64,000 nt of DNA, from positions 62,001-126,000 of the forward strand of contig JASVEC010000025.1 of assembly GCA_030770535.1 (NCBI GenBank), written 5' to 3'. A model generated the notes under the pieces. It saw only the letters and a list, made by a program, of their open reading frames with translations, was not told where the DNA came from and searched no databases. Shown here piece after piece: positions 39,628 to 50,859 of the stretch. This DNA comes from Batkoa obscura (Eukaryota). Position numbers and translations under genes: made by a program. Numbering within the stretch: the first letter of the stretch is position 1; each line of letters starts with the position of its first letter.

Positions 39628-41585
39628 TTAACCTAAATAAACCCATATGTAATCACCTGATTTTATACCATAAAAGTTCACTAATTGACGAACAGGATTA
39701 TCTAATTCAATGATTTGGTAGTCATTCTGTATAATTGTTATTATGATGAGTGATAAAAATGATAAATTAGTTAATTACTTTGCAAGCTTTATTTTCTATT
39801 AAAGCATATAATTTAATAATCGAATTAATTGGCAATTTAAACAACTTTTTAATGTTCATACTTAAAATTCTAATAGTAATATTATCTATTAAAAGTAAAT
39901 ATGTATTTATATGAAAGATTAATGAATTACTTAAAAATTCTTTCTTTTCCCAGTCCAAACTAAGTATGGCTTCATTATTTGCACCATTTAAAGGCTCCTT
40001 CTTTTGAATTGTTATTCCAAGTTCAATTAATCTTTGCTTTAATTTATTGGAGTTATTTGAGTTGTCTTCTTTTTTATTTTTTAAATCTATATTATACTTT
40101 TTACATAATGTATCAAACTGAGGATGATATTTTATAAATTTATCGTGATTTAGACTATTATACTGTGGTAAACATATTTGATTGATATAAAACAACTCTG
40201 AATCGATTCTCTCCTGTTTTGTTATTTTTGTTATATTTAGAAATTGCAAATTAGGTACAAATGATATTAATAATGTTCTATTATTTATCAAATTCTTATC
40301 CTTTGTAAGATAATTCAAATGATTTTCTAAAACAATTCAATTAAAATATAAAACAATAATAGCCAAAGATACCTTTTGTAAATCCAATGCCCAATGTTTG
40401 AAGATGTTCAAGATTTGGAAAGCTTTTATAAATCTGTATCATTTGCTCCAAATCACCTATTTTAGTATAATTCAAATTTAACCTTTTCAAAGTAATTGAA
40501 TAGACTTCCTCAGTCTTCTTTAAATATAATCTACACAAAGGATTAAAGCCTATATTTAAATACTCTAAGCTAGATGAAAAGATATTATTTTATTAAATTA
40601 CTACAAGAAGCATACTATTACTACCTTTTATAATATTTTAAACTTTCTAAAATTTCTTCTTCTTCTCCGGTTATTAGATTAGTTTCTAAATTAAACACTT
40701 TAAGTTTTAAAAACCAAGGCTTGTTTTCACTTGGAATGGGTATCCTTTTTAATGAATTAGAGCAAATTTGTAGCTCTTCTAAATTTATTAAATATGGTTC
40801 AAGGATCTCAATCTCATGTTCACTTATTAATGTTTGATTTAAGCTTAATACCCTAATATTTTCTAATCCACCATTAATTAATCTACTATAGGAAACAAAT
40901 CTCATATCATTTAAAGATAACCTTTTAAGATTGTTCAATTTGAGCGCCAATGTCATAATAGGCTCCCAAGACGAGATCAAACTTTTACTTAGATCAAGAT
41001 CTTCCAAGCCTATATGTGAGTCATATAAATACTAGTTGAGATTTTGTAATAAAATAAAGTTACTTGGCAATAAAGTAGAGTAATCTAAACTAAAATCTAT
41101 CCAACTTATTATTTCTGGTGTAAGACTTATAGTCTTTAGATTTTTCGAGTTTCTACCATAATTCGTCTTATTTAGAATTATATCAAATATTAAATTTATA
41201 CTCACGATAATTCTTCTTGTACTTTTTTAAATCCTAAAGTTTCGAACTTTACGTTAGGTCTATCTTCTAGTGTGAAAGAAACATCTTCAACATCGGTTGT
41301 ATCCAGATACTTCTTTTGAATCCCTTCCCATAAACTCGTCCCAATATTAATGTTTTTACTTAATGGAAAAGTAGGGAACTTTAAAAATGATGCGCAACCA
41401 TTTCTTTTTGGTTGAAAATACTGCTTTCCTAAATATTCTCCAGAATGTTTCCCTTTGTTCTCATTATCCCATTCTACTCCGATTCTTTTTCCTTCAACAC
41501 CTTCTAATTCTCCAACCCATAAAACTGTGCAAGTAAGCCCGTTTATAATTAGTCTTGTTCCAATAGTAATTTCATTTATTTCCAT
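39628..41585 (-). CDS. TBCE: Tubulin-folding cofactor E (CAP-Gly, LRR, UBL)
   Basis: IGVEWD...GKHSG...YF CAP-Gly, LRR exons (LDLSKSLISSW, LSLNQT), SELFY, ubiquitin-like C-terminus. Confidence 0.88.
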
Positions 41586-41798
41586 TTGAAAAACGTAACA
41601 AAATTTTGAAAAAATTGTCACTTGTTTTTTAATTTGACAATAAATGTTTAACAAACATAATTTAATTTCTTATTTTTTATTAAATAAAATTCAAACATCA
41701 ACGACATATAATTCAAATAGCATCATTGCTAATATTTTTGTTCACATAATAAACTTTATAACCTATCACTGATTGTATACAATAATTCATTATAAATC

Positions 41799-42335
41799 AT
41801 GTCTCACTCTCATTCAAATGATAAACAATGCAACTGTAACACAAGCTCATTAAGCTTTCAACAGAGTTTAGATGAGCTTGAATTTGATAGGTCAATACAT
41901 GGAGCATGTGTCATTGGTGATGAGAAGAAAATAAACAAGATGATTCAAAGTAGTAAAAATGTCGTAGGCTTAGTTAACTCAGTAGATTCTTATGGATACG
42001 CTCCTTTAGTATTTTTTTTCTTTTAAGCTGTTTTCAACTACTAACTTAATAGCATTATGCTGCTAAACATAATCATTTGAGTATAACGAAAGTATTATTA
42101 GCTAACGGTGCAAATATCAATGCCAAAACCAAAGGTTTAAAGACAACAGTAATTTTTTAGCTTTTATCATTCATCTTAATAATGACTTTATCAATTACAG
42201 GTACTTCATCGAGCCATTCTTGATGAAAATAAAGAAATGATCACTTTTTTGTTGAACAATGGTGCTGATTTAGATATTATCGATGACTTGGGAAGAACAC
42301 CTAAAGAACTATTAAAGCAACCTGATACTATTTAA
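41799..42335 (+). CDS. Small ankyrin-repeat protein (ANKRD39-like)
   Basis: QQSLDELEFDRSI, GYAPLHYAA, LLANGANINA, LHRA, DDLGRTP; 2 introns. Confidence 0.85.
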
Positions 42336-42458
42336 AGCAATAAACTTCATTAAGTTATATTCAAATCATAATATCTTAATTGTTGTCGTTAACTTAAAAT
42401 GTGCCGCTAATATAAATCATAATTTTGCTAGCTTATAGCTTATTAAAAAACTGAATTG

Positions 42459-42633
42459 TTGATTTTATTTACAAAAATTAGCTTAAATAGAACTATCAAC
42501 ATATGGGGATGTATTTTTTCCATTTTTTAAGCGCTATTTGAGCAGAAAGATTGTTGGTAAAATTCTTAAACAAAAAAATACATCCCTATATGTTGATAGT
42601 TTTATTTAAGCTAATTTTTGTAAATAAAATCAA
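42459..42633. repeat. Fold-back palindrome (~60-bp arms) built on MITE A copy 42505-42587
   Basis: TTGATTTTATTTACAAAAATTAGCTTAAATAGAACTATCAACATATGGGGATGTA is mirrored on the right with about 2 mismatches. Confidence 0.92.
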
Positions 42634-42846
42634 TAAATACGTTTTTACTCTAAATTAATAAAAGCAGGAACAAAGAACAAAATCCATGTTTAGTACAGTA
42701 TTTTCACCTCGAATTTCTCACTTTGTAATTAAGGCGTCCACTTTGACCAAGGCTTTTGCTGATTAAAATAATTGCTTGGAAATAATTAATAACAATAAAT
42801 TACTGATAATTATATTAATTTAAAAATAAAAGCTAAAGATATATAT

Positions 42847-42944
42847 GGGGATGTATTTTTTTGTTTAAGAATTTTCTAGCAATTTTTCCATTTAAATAGC
42901 ACTTAAGAAACGAAAAAAGTGATGAAGCCAAAAAAAAAACACCT
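42847..42944. mobile_element. MITE family A copy nested in the Tc1-like element (reverse orientation)
   Basis: GGGGATGTATTTTTTTG...AAAAACACCT with ATAT flanks. Confidence 0.88.
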
Positions 42945-43256
42945 ATATGTATGTTTTATTATTATGGCAATATATGATTTTTTATGAAATAAGTTTGAAT
43001 TTGATATATTTATAATACCTAGTAAAGCAAAATCAAAAGCTAGTATAAAAGCTCAAGTTAAAACTAAAACTAGAAAAGCTGGAAACATTATTATAGTAAC
43101 AACGTTTATTAAACAAATAAAATTAATAAAGCTAGATTTAGTTCCTGATAGTATAAATAAATAAACTTTCAAAAATTATACAAAAAGTCGATTAAAATTT
43201 AAATGATTGATATAATAGATTTTTTATTAGTATGGTAAACACAATACCTTTTATAT

Positions 43257-43353
43257 AGGGATGTTTTTTTGGCTTCATCACTTTTATATTTTTTAAGCGT
43301 TATTTGAGCGGAAAAATTGTTTGTAAAATCCTTAAACAAAAAAATACATCCCC
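43257..43353. mobile_element. MITE family A copy nested in the Tc1-like element
   Basis: AGGGATGTTTTTTTGG...TACATCCCC with ATAT flanks. Confidence 0.9.
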
Positions 43354-43423
43354 ATATATAAAGCTAAAATTGTCCAACAGTTATTGCCAGAAATAAATAG
43401 CCCAAGTTTTTATTTCAGCATAT

Positions 43424-43464
43424 GAGGATGTATTTTTGTGTTTAAAAGTTTTACTAACAATCTT
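43424..43464. mobile_element. Truncated MITE family A copy
   Basis: GAGGATGTATTTTTGTGTTTAAAAGTTTTACTAACAATCTT matches one half of the consensus. Confidence 0.75.
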
Positions 43465-43858
43465 AAATATTAAATTTAATAGCTTTTATAAATTATTAAT
43501 CATTTTCAAGCAATTATTTTAATCAGCAAAAGCCTTGGTCAAAGTGGACACCTTAATTACAAAGTGGGAAACTCGAGGTGAAAACACTGTACTTGTAAGT
43601 AAATCAACTGCCTTGTTTAATCTCTGACATTGCTTTCTCTTTATTTAACAAATTTTTTATCGTTTCTATTGGTAAAATTTTAGTGAAGAAAAATTTTAAA
43701 TACTAAAATAAGTTAAAAGATAATATATACTAACAATTAGATTCTATACAAATTTTAAATTCGGATAATGGTTTAAAAGGATAGTATCCCATTTAAAGGT
43801 TCCTTTATTCTGAAAGTAAAGTTATAGATTTATGTATAGTAATATCATATTAATACAT

Positions 43859-43950
43859 TGTGGTGTTTTTAGTTTTATCACTTTTTCTATTTTGTAAGCG
43901 TATTTGAATGGAAAAGTTAGTAAAATTCTTGACCAAAAAGAGACATTCCC
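43859..43950. mobile_element. Diverged MITE family A copy, TSD ACAT
   Basis: Core TTTGAATGGAAAAGTTAGTAAAATTCTT; ACAT on both sides. Confidence 0.8.
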
Positions 43951-44353
43951 ACATAAAAAGCGGGCAATTTTTTTATATTGCCAAATTAACTTAAGCCATG
44001 CCGAAGGAGCTTCAGCTAATCAAATTAGTTAGATGCCTTTTAAAGTTGATTTAATTAGTTAAAAATAGTTGTATGGCAGAAATTTATACTAAATACAATT
44101 TAAAAAAATGTACTAATACGTTTCCTGACAACAATGTGTTAATAAATAGTTTAATATATTTTTGAGCATTATAGCCTATGAGAAAATTAAGGGATAATTT
44201 GGCCAATTAGAGCTATTCTATAGTTAGCTCAATTTGAAATTCTGCAATTTAAACGATCCAATTGTTTTATCACAAAGAGAATAATCCATTCATCAATGAA
44301 TATTTAATCATTCCAAACTCGAAATTTATTTCAAACTATTTTTTGGAATCAAT

Positions 44354-46064
44354 ATGCAAAGATATAGTCTAGTAAAGCACAATAATAATAATAATGTAAT
44401 AATAATAATAATAAATTAACGATATTTCGTTTTTAGAGACCATCAAAAAGGCCTCACATAAAGGACCAGAGTATAGAAAATCTCGCATTAAAATTGGAAA
44501 GTAAAGCTCCTAGTGATACTAGTACAGTTACAAGTGAAGAAAATCCAACAGGAAAACTAAATAAAATGCAAAACGAGAAGGTTAAATTATTATAAATAAT
44601 CATTATGATAAAATTAAAATCGTTTAACAGATCTCTAATCCTAACAAAAAAGAAAATATTACAAACTATCTTAATGGAGCAGAAGAATTGGTCAACGGAA
44701 AGAGATTTAAAGCAGTTGAACAGAGGGTAGATGAAGGTAAACTAGTAGGATATATAAAATACACTATGAAAAATAATACATTTTCAGATGAGATTAATTC
44801 TGGAGGTGTTGTAAAAGAAAATATTATGAGCCGTTTTATTAAAGCAGAGCGCTTGAATAAGATGAGAGTCAATGTATTTGACCATATGCCTGATAAAACT
44901 AAAATAAAGGGCTTAGAAGAATCTGCTTTAAAATGTATTATGATTTCAGACAAAATGAACAAAAAAATTGTGGAATATAAAAAACCCAAAATAGCATCAA
45001 AACCTTTGATTGAAAAACGAAATGAACCAACCCGTGTAATTCATAATACCAGGTGTATGACTCCAGAATTTCAAGTCAGTGATGATGAGCGCTCGGATTA
45101 TTCTAAAATCAAAATTGATCCAAGTAAACTTCTTGATCATGAAAAAGAAGGCTACTCAGAAAATGATGAAAGTGAAACGGAAATGGAAGTGAAGGTGGAT
45201 GAACATGACATTAAAAAAAGTAAATTAGGGAAAGAAATGTATCTTGGTATGCTTGATTCCGAGGTATTATAATGATTAATCCCAAACCAAATACTTATAA
45301 TTTTATAGAATTTTTACCTTGTCAATAATGAATATGTAAGTCATCAAAAATGGGGCTGGGATATCAGAGAAAGGGAAGTTAATAGGATGCTCAAAGCACA
45401 CTCAAGCATGATGCTAAGGGGTGAAGTTATATATGACGCTGTTAATATGTTTGACAGAGTATGTGGAGCTCGTGCAATTAGTGAAGATAAATTAGATCTT
45501 CTTTCAGTCACGTGTTTATTTATAGCTACTAAATTTGCAAAGATTGGCTATGTTGATCCTGTTAAATTTCTATCTTATGCAGTCAAGCCTTACTCAATAT
45601 CAAGTTTAACTGCAACTGAGGTACATGTCCTCTTTCAGCTTGATTTTCGTTTAATTTATCCAAATCCTTTAGAATTTCTTGGGTATATGATTGCAGGTGA
45701 TGATGACCCTGATTACACTAAACTTATGACTCGTTATATTATGGAAATGACTTTAACTAATCACACATTTTTAAAATGTCGCCCTTCTCTTTTAGCAGCA
45801 TCTGCAATGCATTTAAGTCGTCTTGTACTTGGCCGCTTTGGGTGGGATGACGTGCTAATTGAACACACTGGATTTCAGAGACACCAATTGAAAGGTATTA
45901 TAAGAGTATTAATTAATAATATTGATGCATCTCCAAAAGATTCTTATCCAGATCAAAAGTATGGAAATGTAGACTATGGTTCAGTTTCTATTTATTTTAG
46001 AGAATGGTTAAAAGGTCATTCAGCTTCTGACATATCCAATATCGATTTCACCCAAATTGAATGA
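44354..46064 (+). CDS. Divergent B-type cyclin (4 exons)
   Basis: Cyclin box (AVNMFDR, LLSVTCLFIATK, VLFQLDFRLIYPNPLEFL) and C-terminal domain (PSLLAASAM). Start exon less certain. Confidence 0.85.
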
Positions 46065-46217
46065 TTTTAAAAAGATAGGTTTATTTATCTTCTATATAAT
46101 TAACTCAAATGAGTAACTCATAGTTGTCCTTTTCTTACTATTCTTATTTTTATATTATACCCAAAAGTTAATATTAAATAAACGTACATAATATATGGTT
46201 TTAAATTTAAATAAGAT

Positions 46218-47494
46218 TTATTGTTTTGTCTCAACTAAAAACCAACGGCATGTATGACATAATAAATATGGGTTTTTACTAGAGGTGCCTTCATAAAATT
46301 TTAATTTATCCACAGTTAAGCATTCAATCACCTTGTCTTTATCGTTGTTAGCCACTAAGCTTTCGGATATTTCCCACCAAGAAAGGGATACCGTTGCGCC
46401 ACACTTATAGCATTCTTTTTTTACGAGATTTGAATTATTTTCGTAATTTAACTTCAAAGGAGATAATACCATTTCGTTTGTTGGTTCTATAGTATTTATT
46501 TCAAAGAATAAATTTATCATTGTCTATAAAAATGTAAGTGAGTTATTAGTGAGTAATAATAATAATGATTGGCACAATACCTTATTTTCTTCTTCATTTT
46601 TATCAAACAATGTATAAATATCAGGAGTCATATCTGATTTACTATGCTTTGGACATAAAAGGATTGGTATTAATACCTTCTCCTTTTTCCCCCCCTCTTT
46701 CTTTTTTTCGATAAGTTTAAAACCTAAAAAATACTTCCGATTTGTTTGGGAACAAGAAGCATGTGCCAAATGATCACACGAGTCACATTTTATTTTATAT
46801 CCGAACCCACCTCTACAAACTTGGCAGATCTTTTATTATCAATATCTTTTTTTCAAAAACAAATAAAAGATTACCTCATCCCAATTACTTTGATCTAACT
46901 CTGAAATACCTCTGACGTTATTTTGAGTAAACTTTGCATTGGGTAGAAATACAGCACAAATAAGATGTGCCCAATTATGCATAGCTGTAGGAAGAATAGC
47001 TTTTGGTGCACTTTTTGGTTCATTAATACGACATAGTATACAAGTATGGTTCTATTTAAAATTAATATAATAACACAAAAAAAATTGAATTACATTTGAA
47101 TTTGCTCTTTTTGTGAAATTTTTACACCATTCACATAACCATGGCTTTTCATCAAGGCTAAATATTGAAGGTAAACAAGCTAAAATGGTAATATTAATTT
47201 ATTAATACTATATATATAAAGAATTTGTAATGTATTCAAATTGTAATGTTATTACTTGAATGAATAGTAAGAAAACATTTTTTACAACACTTGCATTCTT
47301 TAGAAGGACCACTTTGTAAGCATAGATCACATTTTCTTGGTGATATTACGTCTGTACTTGCTTTTTTGCGGTTCCTTAATTTTATTGGACTGTTCTTTTA
47401 AAAGGTTTTATTTTTATTTCTGATATAATTTGAATATATACGCTACTTTATCCGATGACAATTTAACTTCATTATCTTTTACATCTGTTGACAT
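46218..47494 (-). CDS. PHD/PZP zinc-finger chromatin protein with C-terminal GATA-like finger (Snt2 C-terminal-like)
   Basis: CDLC...CKKCFLTIH.TC...WLCEWC, CILC...WAHLICA, CQVC...CDSCDHLAHASC...CPKH, CYKC...WW...CHTC; several introns. Confidence 0.8.
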
Positions 47495-47663
47495 TGTAAT
47501 TTAAAAATAAAAGTAATGTCATTTTTTATACTACTCGATTTATTCCTGTTCCATAAAATGCTAATATTGTTGCTATTTTCGAAAATAAATTTCAAGGCTA
47601 AGATGCTATTTATTTAAAATAGTATAAAAATACTAGATCAAATGCATCAACTTTGATGTTTAT

Positions 47664-47773
47664 CCCTTTAAGTACCAAATGTCTCAAAAAAATTCTATTC
47701 GATTGGACCATGATTTCTAATTAATTTTATGCCAATCGGATTAGCTTTTTTTGAAACTCAATGCCCAAAGGGG
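47664..47773. mobile_element. Possible degenerate piggyBac-type MITE
   Basis: TTAT|CCCTTTAAGTA...TGCCCAAAGGGG|TTAA; imperfect TIR, one perfect TTAA. Confidence 0.35.
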
Positions 47774-48101
47774 TTAATTTGGTCTAAACCTTGCAAGTAA
47801 TGTTCACCTATGGTACTCAAGTGGTTACTTTTAAAAATGGCAACCACTGTTAATTTTACTAAAAATAGACCTTAGTTTGCTAATTGGAAAGAAAATAATG
47901 CCTACTATCTGCTGATTTGTAAAACAAGTAATATAAAATAAAAATACTAAAAAACATTATCGCTTTTACACATAAATAGCCTATGGTTAATAGGTAGGAG
48001 CACGGGATACAATCGATCATATGTGTCATGTTAAAGGTACATTACAAAATATAAATAAATTCAACATATAAAAACAAAGCTTTACTTTAAATATCTATAA
48101 A

Positions 48102-49289
48102 ATGAAATTTTCAGCCTCTTTATTTTTCTCAAACTTGTTTATACCTTCTCTGTTAGCTTTTAATCCTTTAATAGCTTCTGAACATGGAATTGTTGAAGGA
48201 AGTTATATAATCAAGCTTAAAGATACTAATCGTATTACTCTTGATTCACATTTAAATAAAATTCGCTCATTATTTAAAAACCGTTCTGGAGAAAATAAGA
48301 TTAACCATGTCTATAATTCCCTAGGTAGCTTTTATTCAGCACAATTTTCCAAAGAAATAATTGCTCAGATTCGCTCTTTACCAGAAGTCTCTTATATTGA
48401 AAACGATAGTATTGTAAAAGTAGATTCTAGTGAAAACGTTGGTACTGCAAGCATCAATTTGGTCCAACCAAATGCCCCTTGGAATTTAGCAAGGATTTCT
48501 CAAAGAAAGCTAGTAAATTCAGATTATACTTACCTAGGTGATGGTTCTGGGGTATCGGTATATATAGCTGATACAGGAATATACACTTCCCATCCAGAAT
48601 TTGAAGGACGTGCCATTGTTGGAGCTAATTTTTCATCTGATACAAATGATAATGATGGAAATGGACATGGTACATTTGTTGCTGGTGTAGTTGGCGCTAA
48701 AACTTATGGTGTAGCTAAAAAAACACAGCTTATATCAGTAAAAGTCTTAGGTATCAATGGCTCTGGTTCTATTTCTAGCATATTAGCTGGTATCAACTGG
48801 GTAGTAAAAGATAAAAGAGGGAAGAGAGGGAATGTTCTTAATCTTTCAATTGGTGGCGGTTTTTCACAACCCTTAAATGATGCTGTAAAATCTGCTCATC
48901 AAAATGGAGTTACTGTAGTAACTGCGGCTGGAAATAGTAATTCTGATGGATGCTCTTTTTCGCCTGGATCTACCCCAGAAGCTATTAATGTTGCTACGTT
49001 AAGTACAAATGACGCTCGTTCTTCTGCATCCAACTATGGTAAATGTGTTGATATATTTGCCCCTGGACAAAATATTGTTTCTACTTGGAATAATAATGGA
49101 TTACAAACATTAACTGGCTCTTCTACGGCTGCACCACACGTTGCTGGCCTCGCTGCTTACTTTTACTCACTCGAAGCTTTAACTCCAGATACAGTAACTC
49201 AAAAAATTTTAACTTTGGCAACTACAGGTTTGGTCACTAATCCTGGAAATCAATCCCCAAACCGTATTGCTTTTAATGGAGCCACATGA
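48102..49289 (+). CDS. Secreted proteinase K-like subtilisin (S8A) with I9 propeptide
   Basis: Signal peptide, I9 prodomain, ADTG, NGHGT, AAGN, GSSTAAPHVAG. Confidence 0.95.
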   Translation: MKFSASLFFSNLFIPSLLAFNPLIASEHGIVEGSYIIKLKDTNRITLDSHLNKIRSLFKNRSGENKINHVYNSLGSFYSAQFSKEIIAQIRSLPEVSYIENDSIVKVDSSENVGTASINLVQPNAPWNLARISQRKLVNSDYTYLGDGSGVSVYIADTGIYTSHPEFEGRAIVGANFSSDTNDNDGNGHGTFVAGVVGAKTYGVAKKTQLISVKVLGINGSGSISSILAGINWVVKDKRGKRGNVLNLSIGGGFSQPLNDAVKSAHQNGVTVVTAAGNSNSDGCSFSPGSTPEAINVATLSTNDARSSASNYGKCVDIFAPGQNIVSTWNNNGLQTLTGSSTAAPHVAGLAAYFYSLEALTPDTVTQKILTLATTGLVTNPGNQSPNRIAFNGAT

Positions 49290-49665
49290 GTTTATTTTGA
49301 ATTTAAATAAATATATTTTCTTAAGATAAATTTATCAAACATACTTTTCAGCAAATTTTGATTTTTTATTACAGAACCCAGCTAGATTCAAAAGCGTTTT
49401 TTTACACTACAAACGCTTTTCATTGATTTTGCTCTTAATGTCATAAAATGATTTATTAGTATTTAATTTGCTTTAATATTTTTAAACTAGATTTATGATT
49501 TTTTATGCTTTTCCAGTTCATTTACTATATATCATATACTCAGATTACTTAATACCTGTTTTTCTAACCATAACTTTTAAATCTATTCAAATGATTAAAC
49601 GTAAGATCAAATACAATTTAACATCAAAAGCCCTTTATTATTAATTATAAATGTATGATTAATCT

Positions 49666-50859
49666 TTACAAATTGACAGAACGTAAGCCTTCTTCCGTAT
49701 ATCTACCTCCTTTTACTTCAATTTGTTCTGTTAATTTACGGATTTGTTTATTTTCATCATCAGTTAACTTGATATTAGCTGACTCAATGTTTTCTTCAAG
49801 GTATTTAATTCTTCTCGTTCCTGGAATGGGGATAAAATCATTTCCCTATTAAAATTAAGCTAAAATCTAGTCATAATTAATAATAAAACTTACTTGAGAT
49901 AAAACCCACGATAAGCATAATTGTGAAGCTTTGATTCCCTTTCTATTAGCTATTTCTTCAAGCTTATTGACAATTTGAAGGTTATGCTCAACATTTTCTT
50001 TGTTATAACGTGGAAAACGAGTAACCCTTGAATCGTCCTTATCTAGTGATTTTACATCTAATTTTCCAGTCAAAAAACCACGACCTAATGGTGAGTAAGC
50101 AACAATAGTCACTCCGAGCTCTCTACAAGCTTCCAATAATCCATTTCTTTCAATAAATGTTTCCCATGGACTATCAAAATTGAGTTTAAATAGTTTTAAA
50201 AAAGATTTAAATAGTTACCTATATTCAATTTGTACTGCAGAAATAGGGTGAACTTTATGTGCCCTCTTAAGTGTTTCTGCACTACATTCGGATAACCCTA
50301 AATATTTTACTTTTCCCTCTTTAACTAATGCTGCCATAGCTGAAACAGTTTCTTCAATTGGGCTATAAGTTACATTAATCAAAGATGATTTCTACTAAAA
50401 TTAAAACATACGTGTTAGGATCAACCCTGTGTTGATAATACAAATCAATAGTTTCAATTCCTAAACGTTTTAAACTAGCATCACAACACTGTTTCACGTA
50501 TTCCTTATCGCCACGTATTTTCACTTCCTTTTTTTCTAGATCATAACTAATAGCAAATTTAGTACAGAGGAAAATTTCATTTCTACGCTTCTTTAAAACT
50601 TTAGCTAAAAGTTTTTCATTTTCCCCCATGCCATACATATCCTATAATACTATTAATATTTTATTACTCAGATCATCCATTTATCACTTACTGAAGTATC
50701 CCAAAAAGTACATCCAAGGTCAATGGCTCTGTTTAAAACTCGAATATTCTCTTCTTCATTAGAAGAGCCATAAAAAGCACTCATCCCCATGCATCCTAGT
50801 CCAATACTTGAGATTTGTGGGCCATTTTTACCTAATTGACGTGTTGCTAATTTACTCAT
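49666..50859 (-). CDS. Aldo-keto reductase (YakC/AKR13-like)
   Basis: [47 protein letters not shown]; 4 introns. Confidence 0.95.

Larger units (their letters stand above)
42696..43589. mobile_element. Non-autonomous Tc1/mariner (pogo-like) element, ~97-bp TIRs, TA TSD
   Basis: TA|CAGT...ACTG|TA; TIRs 42696-42792 and 43493-43589 differ at 6 positions; no transposase ORF. Confidence 0.85.

Noticed and set aside
46520..46580. Possible stop readthrough or alternative genetic code where ORFs abut in frame
   Set aside because: A canonical GT-AG intron (46580-46524) explains the break, as introns do for the other fragmented genes.
49390..49420. Hairpin AAAAGCGTTT...AAACGCTTTT after the subtilisin gene as a terminator
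   Set aside because: Intrinsic terminators do not apply to Pol II genes, and a short AT-rich stem is unremarkable.
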